Shown one piece after another: positions 38,120-49,651 of a DNA stretch of 64,000 bases. The position numbers and the translations under genes were made by a program. This DNA comes from Haliotis rufescens. Taxonomy: Eukaryota. Below the pieces are notes generated by a model that saw nothing but the letters and a program-made list of their open reading frames with translations, had not been told where the DNA came from and did no database searches. The stretch is from assembly GCF_023055435.1 (NCBI RefSeq), contig NW_025964372.1:19406001-19470000 (forward strand). Reading direction: 5' to 3'. The number at the start of each line of letters is the position of its first letter. The first letter of the stretch is position 1.

Positions 38120-41100
38120 ATGGAGGCTTTTCACATACTGTGTCTCGTCATCGGTGAGTTTCTTTGGACTAACATTTAAAAACTGTTAATACTAATTGAA
38201 ATCTTGACAGTCGTGTGGTATGCACTTTCTGTTGTGGAGGGGGTTGGTGGGTTGAAACAATGAACTGAATAAGTGAGCTATTTTATCGACTCCTCGAGCA
38301 ATATATGTCAGTTTTATAAGGGTGTGTCAGCTTATAGTAACAGCATGAACAGACTTGCAGCGAACAACGAGCACGGGTATGGTACTGACTGTACAATGAA
38401 GAGTTAAAGTGGTTCAAATTCGATTAGCGGATCCGTTCACGATGAGGCTACTCTTCAACCTAAATTGCGGAGCCTTATATATACAGTTGGACCTGATATG
38501 TTCCCTGAAGGTATTAATGACTAAAAGTACATACTTACATTAAAGGAGGTAAGTTCTTAATTTAATCATTGAATAATCACAGGACAAGTTCAAGGCCAGA
38601 TACGGTGGTCACGGAAGCTGACGAACCGTGATATAACTGAAATACTGGTTAATTGAGTGACACACCGTGATATAAATGTACTGTTTAATTGAGTTACACA
38701 CCGTGATATAAAGATATATAACTGAAATACTGGTTAATTGAGTGACACACCGTGATATAACTGAAATACTGTTTAACTGAGTGACACACCGTGATATAAC
38801 TGAAATACTGTCTATAGTGAGTGACACACCGGACATAACTGAAATACTGTGTAAAATAACTGACACACCGATATATAACTGAAATACTGCTCAAAGCGAC
38901 TGACACACCGATATATAACTGAAATACTGCTCAAAGCGACTGACACACCGATATATAACTGAAATACTGCTCAAAGCGACTGACACACCGATATATAACT
39001 TATATACTGTTCAAAGCGACTGACACACCGATATATAACTGAAATACTGCTCAAAGCGACTGACACACCGATATATAACTGAAATACTGCTCAAAGCGAC
39101 TGTCACACCGATATATAACTTATATACTGTTCAAAGCGACTGACACACCGATATATAACTGAAATACTGCTCAAAGCGACTGACACACCGATATATAACT
39201 GAAATACTGTTCAAAGCGACTGACACACCGATATATAACTTGAATACTGCTCAAAGCGACTGACACACCGATATATAACTTATATACTGTTCAAAGCGAC
39301 TGACACACCGATATATAACTTGAATACTGCTCAAAGCGACTGACACACCGATATATAACTGAAATACTGCTCAAAGCGACTGACGCACCGATATATAACT
39401 GAAATACTGTTCAAAGCGACTGACACACCGATATATAACTGAAATACTGTTCAAAGCGACTGACACACCGATATATAACTTATATACTGTTCAAAGCGAC
39501 TGACACACCGATATATAACTGAAATACTGCTCAAAGCGACTGACACACCGATATATAACTGAAATACTGTTCAAAGCGACTGACACACCGATATATAACT
39601 TGAATACTGCTCAAAGCGACTGACACACCGATATATAACTGAAATACTGTTCAAAGCGACTGACACACCGATATATAACTTGAATACTGCTCAAAGCGAC
39701 TGACACACCGATATATAACTGAAATACTGCTCAAAGCGACTGACGCACCGATATATAACTGAAATACTGTTCAAAGCGACTGACACACCGATATATAACT
39801 GAAATACTGTTCAAAGCGACTGACACACCGATATATAACTGAAATACTGTTCAAAGCGACTGACACACCGATATATAACTTGAATACTGCTCAAAGCGAC
39901 TGACACACCGATATATAACTGAAATACTGCTCAAAGCGACTGACACACCGATATATAACTGAAATACTGTTCAAAGCGACTGACACACCGATATATAACT
40001 GAAATACTGCTCAAAGCGACTGACACATCGATATATAACTGATATACTGTTCAAAGCGACTGACACACCGATATATAACTTAAATACTGTTCAAAGCGAC
40101 TGACACACCGACATATAACTTAAATATTGTTCAAAACGACTGACACACCGATATATATCGGAAATACTGCTCAAAGCAACCTCGATACTTCACGATTATT
40201 GCTCCCAACGGAAGAACATACTAGTTGAAGCACCTTGGGGTATTGATGATGTATTGAAAACATTGCTCAGTCAAATTAAATTTTAGTGCTCATCATCATC
40301 TGGTACAATAGCATCCCCACTCGATAATGTGGTGATTTATACAATTGTCTGTTTTAGTTGGAGCTGCATTTGTTGTTGCACAGTTTCCGTTTCAACCACC
40401 AAATGGTAAGTATTATTACAGTACTTTTACTTCACCCGAAGGGTTCTGCAGGGTAGCTGTAATTCTCAACACACTGCACATAAACTCGATGCAGTGGTCG
40501 TTCAGAAGGCCTCTCCTTGAAAAAACTGAGTCTAGGCCGATTTGATAAGGCATTCGCTTGATTGACACTCATTTCTATTATTATTTACAGATTAAAATAA
40601 TAGAATTGCAGCAATGAGGGTTTGGGTGATCCTGGCACAGTCAGGCTGGTTTGGCTCATCATCAGCCCAGGGACCTTGCCCTCTCTACACGCAGCCAAGA
40701 CAGCGAAGGGAACTTCTCCCAGGGAGCGCTGCCCAGTCAAACCCAACCGAGAACTTTTCGGAGAATGTGAAGACTCCCCAACACTGCAGCCTTCCGCATT
40801 GTCAGACGGGCTGTATTCCCGGTAGCAAACCCAAGTACTCTTCCAATGTCAGTCAACAGATTGGGAGGTACCAAACTTAAGGCACCGAGAAAAATGGGGC
40901 GTCGGACAACTTGGTACTTGGGATGCAAACGTGACATTTCAAAAGCGAGGTGTGCATATTTGCCATGTTTTACCCGAGTCGTGTCAATCACATTAGTGTC
41001 AAAGAGGGACAGAAAATTCAATAATATAAATTATTTCATTGGATTTATCATAACGGACAATCAGGTTTTTTGGCCTGGATATGTCTGAAACAGTATACGG

Positions 41101-42065
41101 GCTTATTCCAAAGAATTTTTTATTTATCATTTTCCATGACACCCTCTACATATTCTGGGTAGTACCATGGATGGACCACTGAGTCAAAACCACAAGCAAG
41201 GTGAAGACGGTAATAAAAGGATCGAGCCACCCCATCATGTCGCTTAAGATACTGTGTTTGTGCCAAAGCTGGGCATCCACTGACAATGTATTGGACAGAC
41301 TCGTTAAATTCATTGCATAATCTACATTTCATATTTACATTTTGATGCAAAATCACACATTGATGGTTTCGAGTGGGAAGTGACTGGTCTTGACTAGCAA
41401 ACAGAAAGCCTTCTGTTTCGTTTTTCAGACAAGCCGACTTCATCCATGCGAAGGACTCTGCAGGGTTGCTGATCTTCTCAACACACTGCACATAAACTTC
41501 TTCTTCTTCTTCGACTTCTTATTATTTTATTGATGATGAACCGACGAAGAAAGATGGTTAAATAAATATGAAATGAAATATACGATAATTGAAAAATATA
41601 TGAAGGAAGTGAAATCTATCATAGATTATATTTCAGTTCCCTCGCAGTCCTGTCTGACGTGTACCTATCTGAGCGACCCAGCTGACTGCAAGCATTCCAA
41701 GAAGTGTTACCCTGGTGATGTGAGTTACAATGTTACAATGCTGTTACTTACCGATTCAATATGCAAACAATAATGGCATTCATGCACTATGTAATGTATG
41801 AATTTAAATACAGTTAGCCAGACCCGTGAAGATCCGGGATAGAATAGGTCTTTAGCAACCAAAGCTTGCCGTAAGAGATGACTATGCTTGTCGTAAGAGG
41901 CGACTAAGGGGATCGGGTGGTCAGGCTCGCTGACTTGGTTTGTGCGTGTCATCGTATCCCAACTACTTGGATCGATGCTCATGTTATGATTCACTGGGTT
42001 GTCTGGTCCAGACTCGATTATTTACAGACCGCCGTCATATAGCAAGAATATTGCAGAGTGCGGCG

Positions 42066-42098
<33 letters not shown>

Positions 42099-44940
42099 TA
42101 CAGTTAACCTTTTATCCCATATAACTAAGGTTCTCTTTTTATATCGCGGTTTAAGACCATCAGATCCAAAACTTTATTTTTAATTTAAACAAACCAACAA
42201 ACAAACAAACAAATACATACATACAAATAAATAAATAAGGTATGATAAGGAGGGTAATGTAAAAATAGTAGAGACAATTATGTAGTACCACCTTCCGATT
42301 CGTAATCTCATTCACTTATGTTTGGTAGAAGAGCAGATTCTTGAAATGTATATTTTAGTTCAAATACACTAAACTACGGTTATAACGAACACGCTTATAA
42401 CGAACTACGGTTATAACGAACTATAAATAGTAGTCCCTTTGAGTTCGTTATAACCGTAGTTTACTGTATTTAAATGTATTTATCACATGCCTACCGTGCA
42501 TACGACTCTGTCTCTATGTTTCAGTCCTGTTTCCTTGGCGAAGTACACGAGGCAGACAATGAGACCTACTACATCCAGTATTGCTACCCTGAACCTGTAA
42601 GTCAAAATATATTTTGTCTCAGGCAATAATATGTGTCTTGCAAAATCACGCCAGCAAAATGATGAAGCATGATATTTTACCAAGGTATTGTGTATATTCC
42701 CACCTATTGTGGAATGTGTGGTAGTATCATTTAAAAGCAACTTCGTCTTTAAATCCAGGAGCCTCGGATTATATCGGAAAAAACACATTTGTCCCAGAAA
42801 ATGCTTGAAAAAACTCAAACTGTTGCAATGAAAAGGAATTGTCTGCCACAAAAATACGGAATTTAAATAATATGTATATTTAAGCTCATAGCTTAGGTGA
42901 AAAATATCCTCTCTCCAGACAAAATCCCGGCGCCGTTAAACTCACTCACTGACCCAAAATTCACTGTAACGTAGCCCTGGAACCTGATTTGAATTTCAAT
43001 AATAAAGCAGTACATACATAATCAGTTACAGCAAGCAAAATAATGATAAATGGGCAAGTGATGTACATGGCGTGATACAAACAACATCTAATAATGGTGC
43101 CTTCGGCGAGAAAGCTTAAGTATGTAATTTCTAGAAACAAACGTTGTTGAACATACACCAAATGTATTTCGTCCTATTCGGGAATACGTATCTGAAATTT
43201 CAGTTGGTTGGTCTGTAGTAATAACTGATAGACTAGAAACGAAACAGTTAGAAACAGCGAGGGTGGCTACGTATCTTCCAACATTTTCCAAAGCCAGTTA
43301 ACATTATGAGACAAGATGTTTACGTTAAGCATTAGACACAGACAGAAAAAAGCTTTGCACATTCTACAAAACTATTCATTGCACCAAGATTATCTTCATG
43401 CCTTAGCTCCTTAGACAATTGAAACTTTCATTGATTGTAAACTACGAACCAAATTTAATCGTTCAATCCTCAGATTCAGAACAATAACTGTACAAAAATC
43501 CTTCATTTATGTTAACAGCGTCGTGTGGAATCAGGGGGACACGGGCGGCCCAGTCGTCTAAGGCGCCGCGATTCGCTGTGCAGAGTTGCGTCCCTTTGGC
43601 ACGCCAGAAACCTATGATTGTGGGTTCGAATCCCGGTTCGCCCCGATTATGTTTCTAGGTTTGACAGCACCATACCCGTGCTCGTGGGTTTCACCGACGT
43701 GGTTAACGTCCGAGTCCTGCATCACTTCAAGCTTTCCTCCCACATTAAGCTGACACGCCGCGACATAACTGGAATACTGTTAAAAGCGGCGTTAAACCCA
43801 AACCCAATCAGAAGTAAGAGGAGCAAGTACATTACAAGTATTCAAAGAGAACATAAGTCAGAAACAAAGCTCTATGCCTTGTTTTTACCCGTCAGGAAAC
43901 CGTTAACTTTACACGCAAGACTTCTTAACGCTGACGTTTTCAAGGCAAATCTTGTTAAATTTGACTGTAATTGTGAATCAGAATCTGAAAATGTTTCCTC
44001 GAGTGTCGCAATAACATTATATCGCTATAGCGTTTTCCGAATTTGGCATAAAATGTGGTCTTTATACCATTCTATTTTGCGACCCAACATGGATGACAGT
44101 GTCAATGAATTCCAGGTAAATAGTTATAGTTTATCGACTAAAGGATTTAAATAGTTCATGGGTTTGTCTCCAAATATGTTTGTTGAAAATAATACTAATG
44201 TTTGCATATACTGATCTTTTGGACAAATTGTACTTTTAAAGAAAGGGCGAGATTGGCCCCTGGAGCTTTTCCCAATCCTATTAACTGTATTCAATCAAAA
44301 AATTATGTACAACATAACGAGTGTCACGTCTCCAGATCAGTTGTAAATCATTGTTGTCTGACACAGCCTCTGTAAACCTTTACATTCCAACCAATGGCGA
44401 CCGACGTAACATCCCCATTGGTAAATCATCGTGTTCTAACACAGCCTATGTAAACCTTTACATTTCAACCAATGGCGACCGACGTAACATCCCTGTTTGT
44501 AAATCATCGTGTTCTGACACAGCCTATGTGAACCTTTACATTTCAACCAATGGCGACCGACGTAACATCCCTGTTTGTAAATCATCGTGTTCTGACACAG
44601 CCTCTGTAAACCTTTACATTTCAACCAATGGCGACCGACGTAACATCCCTGTTTGTAAATCATCGTGTTCTGACACAGCCTATGTAAACCTTTACATTTC
44701 AACCAATGGCGACCGACGTAACATCCCTGTTTGTAAATCATCATGTTCTGACACAGCCTATGTGAACCTTTACTTTTCAACCAATAGCAACCGAGCTAAC
44801 ATCCCTGTTTCTTGCTGCAGGGCTGTTTACAGATGAAGAGTCTGGTCGAGCAGGGGAACAACGAGCTCCGCGGCTACCACTTCAACTGGATCTCCTGCTG
44901 CAACACCGACGACTGCAACAACATGATACCTCAACCCTAG
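38120..44940 (+). CDS. Secreted Ly6/uPAR (three-finger, LU-domain) protein, 118 aa, 5 exons
   Basis: Exons 38120-38153 (ccaccATGG), 40358-40405, 41637-41719, 42525-42596 and 44821-44940; GT-AG, phases 1,1,0,0, 357 nt. Protein MEAFHILCLVIVGAAFVVA-QFPFQPPNVPSQSCLTCTYLSDPADCKHSKKCYPGDSCFLGEVHEADNETYYIQYCYPEPGCLQMKSLVEQGNNELRGYHFNWISCCNTDDCNNMIPQP. Signal peptide, 10 Cys in the mature part, CCxxxxCN. TATA-like site at 38012, AATAAA at 45090. Confidence 0.88.
38625..40180. repeat. 40-bp satellite, about 38 copies, in intron 1 of the three-finger gene
   Basis: Unit TGACACACCGATATATAACTGAAATACTGCTCAAAGCGAC; the left-hand units are more diverged. Confidence 0.97.
40430..41498 (-). mobile_element. 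R4/Dong-clade (RLE) non-LTR retrotransposon 3' fragment(s)
   Basis: ETEGFLFASQDQSLPTRNH, CRLC...ESVQYIVSGCPALAQTQYLKRHD (CCHC-type region), C-terminal RKAAVLGSLHILRKVL; frameshifted. Confidence 0.75.
41821..42095 (+). mobile_element. Full-length family B SINE-like element (no tRNA head), ~15-bp TSD
   Basis: TSD AAATACAGTTA(G/A)CC(A/T) at 41806-41820 and 42096-42110. Starts GACCCGTGAAGATCCGGG and ends (CAAT)n. Confidence 0.9.
42367..42466. mobile_element. 100-bp pogo/Tc1-mariner-type MITE
   Basis: TIR CA(C/G)TAAACTACGGTTATAACGAAC, TA on both flanks, internal repeats of TTATAACGAAC. Confidence 0.8.
42600..43330 (-). pseudogene. Possible highly decayed Harbinger/PIF transposase remnant
   Basis: Fragmentary motifs in the expected order: GRYVATLA, RIGRNT, HAMYITCP, FIIILLAVTD, FVADNSFSL. 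Many frameshifts. Confidence 0.4.
43535..43808 (+). mobile_element. SINE family C, best-preserved copy
   Basis: tRNA-Leu-like GGCCCAGTCGTCTAAGGCGC, B box GGTTCGAATCCC, tail GCTGACACGCCGCGACATAACTGGAATACTGTTAAAAGCGGCGTTAAACCC. Confidence 0.88.
44338..44812. repeat. 78-bp minisatellite, 6 copies, abutting the last acceptor of the three-finger gene
   Basis: gtaaatcat recurs at 44343, 44421 and 44499. Confidence 0.95.
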
Positions 44941-46534
44941 ACGCTAGTGGTCACGTTTACATTGCATGGCATGTTCATCTTAGTTCGTTATATGTCGTCA
45001 GCCATTTTGTGCTTTTTGTGTGTAACTTTAATGTATTTTCAAATTTCAGTTGTTCGGTTTGGTTAAGATATTAAAAGAGATTTCAACAAAATAAACGTTA
45101 TCTAATCCCTCATGCTCAAAGAATATATTGTTTGTCGAAATCGCCCTTTTTTTATAACGAAACAGTTCCCACCGTGTGTACAAGTAATTTTTCATCCCAA
45201 ACTGGCTCCCACAGGAGATATCGCTTGGGTGAGATCAAGCGATTTATAACTTGTCCGTGAAGAGATCACCCGTTTAATAAACATACAGCTGTATTACACA
45301 TCGTGTAATACCAAAACGCGTGCTTTTGTACTCTTTTGAAACCTACCAACATCCCTTGGCTTATTCAACGACATTGCGTGTGGAGATGATAGATCACTGA
45401 GAGGAGCTTATGCACGTTCGATTACCCCAGCAACCTTGTTGCTAGGCTGACGTCACATGGCATTGTTTCGTCGATGGATCTTGAAACAAAATTCCAGAAA
45501 TTACGTCATCGGGTATTGTGACGTGATTGTAAACTTTGATCGCTCGTAAGTATATGATGACAGTTGTCTGTTGGGCATCCAGTTCTTCTTCAAACAGATG
45601 CAAAGGCAAAGAGTTGTCTCCTAACCAAGCGGATTAGGTCGCGATCTTCGCGTCCTGACGTCACACGAGGCCGTCCAGACCTTGGAAGGTCCTTTACCTC
45701 ATGCCTTTGTCGATGTTTTCAGGGAACGTTTACTTTTACCTTGATATCGCTTTTATTATTATTATTATCCACCAGCCTAAATAACATTATCTTCCGTAAA
45801 AAAAATTATATTAAGAACTAAGAGGAGCATTACATTCAGGAAAGTACGTATTAGACAATTCCCATGAATCTAAATTCGTTTCTTCTTACCACAGTATTGA
45901 ATTACTGGCATACTTTCATGAAACTTTATGTCACTATACACTTTTGAAAGTGTGAAAACGATTTGAAACAACCACTAGAACCATTTAAGTAACAAACCAT
46001 ATCATGATGTAAACAGTTTCTGAGAGAATATATGGAACTGCATCTTCCCGAGGCAAGGGAGTTAACTATGAAAGTCCAGTTTCTACCCTTGCCGAACTAG
46101 GCTGGTATTATGGCGTTACATTTTGGCTGGACTAACGAGTCTATGCATAGTCCAATCAAAATCGCGAACCGACATCGAAATCAGGTTCGTAAACTGTCAT
46201 GCAGACTTCGGTCGATTGCAGTCTTTTCAAGTTTTTAATCAAGGTGCTCACATGATTTGATGCACTTCGCGATGTAAGACCCGTTTTATCACAATATAGA
46301 TCTTGATTGTCGATCAGATCGTCTTGACTAGGCGCCGCCTTTTTGTACTCATTGTTTACATTGCGGAAGTAGGCTAGGGTAGAAAATAGGTCACAGCCTC
46401 GCTTCGATTAGGGAATTCCCTTTTCGCTTTTCGACTAACGGTTATACTAACTTATAGTCCGGGAACAAACATTTTGAATATGCCTACCAAGTAGAGGCTA
46501 GTTGTACGCAGCAACATTTACTGTCAGTATTGTC

Positions 46535-47753
46535 AGTGAGTGTGTTATACCATGGATGGACCTCTGTGTCCAAACCACAAGCATGGCGAAGACGGTTATA
46601 AAATGATCGAGCCACTCCATCATGTCGCTTAAATTCATTGCATATTATACATTTCATACTTTTATTTTGATTTATAAATCAATGCAAAATTTCGAGTGGG
46701 AAGTGACTGTTCATGAGCAACAGAAAGCCTTCAGTTTCACTTTTCAGGCCAGCCGACTACATCCAAGCGAAGGACTCTGCAGGGTTGCTGATCCTCTCAA
46801 GACACTGCACGTAGGCTCGTTACAATGGTCGTTTAGGTAGTATCTCCTTGAAAAACTGAGTCTGGGCCGATTTGATATGGCACTTCGCTTGGTTGACACT
46901 CATTTCTGTACCCGTCAGCAGTACAGAACCATTAACAAAATCAACACTGACATTGAGATTATGTCCCACATCCTTGGCTCATTTATGAAAACTGTTGAAT
47001 GCCTTATTTTCATCATGAGTCCTGAACTCCTTCAAAAGACGATCATCAGACAAATAAACGTTTACAAAAGTGCACAATACAATTCCATCATGAAGTACAT
47101 CCACGTTAATTAAACCACGCCATCCCATTATGGTTGGTAAATATAAGCGTTTGAGGGAAGAGCGAGTGTAGTGGGATCTACTGTCTGACATGATTCTTTG
47201 TGTGAGGGCGCCCAATTCCCTGAATTTCTTGTTTCGTCTCATCAACAACACCAAAAGAATATGAAAGGACGGGTACAGCATAAGTACTTGTGGCTTTAAC
47301 TTATTGCGAGGGTTCAAATCTGAAATCCAGATTTTCTTAAGTATACATTTGTACTCTGCCCAAAGTGTTTCCTTGATATGGGCATTCTGGAGCTTGCCCC
47401 TCACCTGCATCTCTAAGTTCTTAAGTCTGACCTTCCATGAGATGGTCAATAACTCCAAGTGAACTGACTGATCCTCCCTCTTCTACCTTGCCACGTTTCA
47501 GATGAAGAATGTTGCATTTGTCAAGTCCAAAGACATTCCGATACCATTAGAAAAGGACCCGACACGGGAATCTGTTTTTTTATGTGGCTCCTCCATTGGC
47601 AATACGTTCAAGATCATCCATGTAAAGGAGGTGAGTAAGGGGTGTTGGGGATCTGTGCTGAGGTCCATGATGAAAATCTTCCTCTGTGCTAAACAAAAAG
47701 CTTAAAGGATTAAGGGACAAACAGAAAAGCAAAGGACAAAAAGAATCGCACTG
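46535..47753 (-). mobile_element. R4/Dong-clade LINE fragment (RT region)
   Basis: QCDSFCPLLFCLSLNPLS, HLLYMDDL, IWISDLNPRNK, RLYLP..GWRGLIN. Overlaps in sequence with 40430-41498. Truncated end abuts (ATT)n. Confidence 0.75.
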
Positions 47754-47754
47754 A

Positions 47755-47795
<41 letters not shown>

Positions 47796-47862
47796 GCACT
47801 GAATTATTATCATTATGCACTGAATTGTTATTATTATTCACTGAATTATTATTATTATAATA
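47753..47862. repeat. (ATT)n microsatellite with GCACTGA interruptions
   Basis: Direct reading. Confidence 0.9.
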
Positions 47863-48049
47863 ATACAAGTTGACTGTTTATTTTTCGTTCAAGTTTGGGT
47901 TCATTAAAATGCAATGCATTATGGGTGTTATGTGTCATTAATGATAAATGCAATGAATTTTGGCTGCACCAGTTTCAAAGGCATTCCTTAGAAGTTGACG
48001 GGTGACAGAGTAGACACGGTTAATGGATAACAACTGCTTTATTTACTTC

Positions 48050-49067
48050 CAGGCGACTTTTCTACTTGACCTTCGAACAGCAAGTCCGCGCATCACCCAT
48101 CCAACCCATTTGCTGGTAAACAAAAGTCGACGACACCTTTGTCATCCTTAAACAAGACCAACCCTGCTACTACAACATCTACCTGACATCATCCCCGAGT
48201 ACAGTTCACCATTGAAACGGAAAAGAATAACTACCCTTCCTTGTCTCCAGAACCCCAACCAACAGAGACCCGTGAAGATCCGGGGTAGACTAGGTCTTCA
48301 GCAACCCACGCTTGTCGTAAAAGGCGACTATGCTTGTCGTAAGAGGCGACTAACGGGATCGTGTGGCCAGGCTCGCTGACTTGGTTGAAGCATGCCATCG
48401 ATCCCAATTGCTTGGATCGATGCTCATGATGTCAATCACTGGATTGTCTGGTCCAGACACGATTATTTACAGACCGCCGCCATACGTCTCTACCCCAACC
48501 AAACGAGCCATCAACCTTTCTTCTCCTGGCCCACAAACACCTCTCAAGTCTATACTCACCTCAACAATTATCCACCCAAACTCGTCAACAAAGTCATCAC
48601 CCTCCAATTTAGAGGGAAAATTTCCCACATCATCAGCCGCCTCCTTTAAAAGCAAGCCAGTACTGACACCTACTTCACCAGATACACCACCCTCAATACC
48701 CTACTGAGAGCTTGCGGTGGAAACACATCAAGAACCTAAAGGTGTAGTTTATTAAACTGACTGTAACTGTGGACAATCCTATGTGGGTGAAACATCCCGC
48801 CATATCAACTCCAGAATAAAAAAGCACAAGACATCAACCATCAAATCAGACAGAAAATCAGCCACCTCGGACCACATCAGCAACTGCCCAAATCACATCA
48901 ACTGGGAAAACGTCCAAATCCTCTCCAACAACTTCCGCAACTTCACTAAAAGAAAACTCACAGAAGCAGTGCACATTCGTCGCCACAAGCCATCAATCAA
49001 CAGAGTCCAAGGTTATTCATCCCATCCGCCTACTATGAATTCATTAAACAATAATCACCCCACCTGA
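48050..49067 (+). mobile_element. Penelope-like element remnant (RT plus GIY-YIG endonuclease), with a family B element inserted at 48267-48484
   Basis: KVDDTFVI, QFTIETEKNN, GVVY..DCNCGQSYVGETSR, SATSDH, HINWENVQIL, RKLTEAVHIRRHKPSINR. Confidence 0.8.
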
Positions 49068-49651
49068 AAACTTTAAACTGTTTAATTGGCTTCCCATCTC
49101 ACTGGCTACCCCATCATGTGTTCCCTTCCATCATGTTGTTACAACATTACAGGCAGACATGAAGGTATTGTAAGAGAACATAGACTTTGTAGAATTTGTA
49201 AAACTGATTGTATTGAAGAATTTTATGTGCATGTCCAGTATATAATGATGTAAGAGCAAAATATCTAAATAACAAACGGTAACAAATTTTATAAATTAAT
49301 GACACGTGATTTATCAATGTCCATTTATCATGCTATGAAACAAATAAAATGTATCAATTTGTAACGCCCCAGACAAAGCACTATTTGCCTTTGGCCTCAT
49401 CAATAGGATGAATAAATATTTATTGATTGAGCATTATCCTTCTGTTGAAACTATTTAATCTACTAATGTAAATCTCACTCATTTATGCAATTGTTGTTGC
49501 TGTTAATTATGTACCATGTTCATTATTCAGCCTTGCTTGAAAACAGTAGAAGGATCTATTCCGAAACGACGCCTGTACAGTAAAACAACGAAGGTGTTAT
49601 CCATAAATTTCGTCTACTTTGAAATATCACAATGTTCATTGTTAATGATGT

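Noticed and set aside
42540-42610. Harbinger-like FNYR motif on the - strand (ILTYRFRVA)
   Set aside because: It overlaps the well-supported + strand three-finger exon 42525-42596 and is likely coincidental.
44321-44836. Cys-containing 171-aa repeat ORF
   Set aside because: Translation of the 78-bp intronic minisatellite; out of frame with the downstream LU exon.
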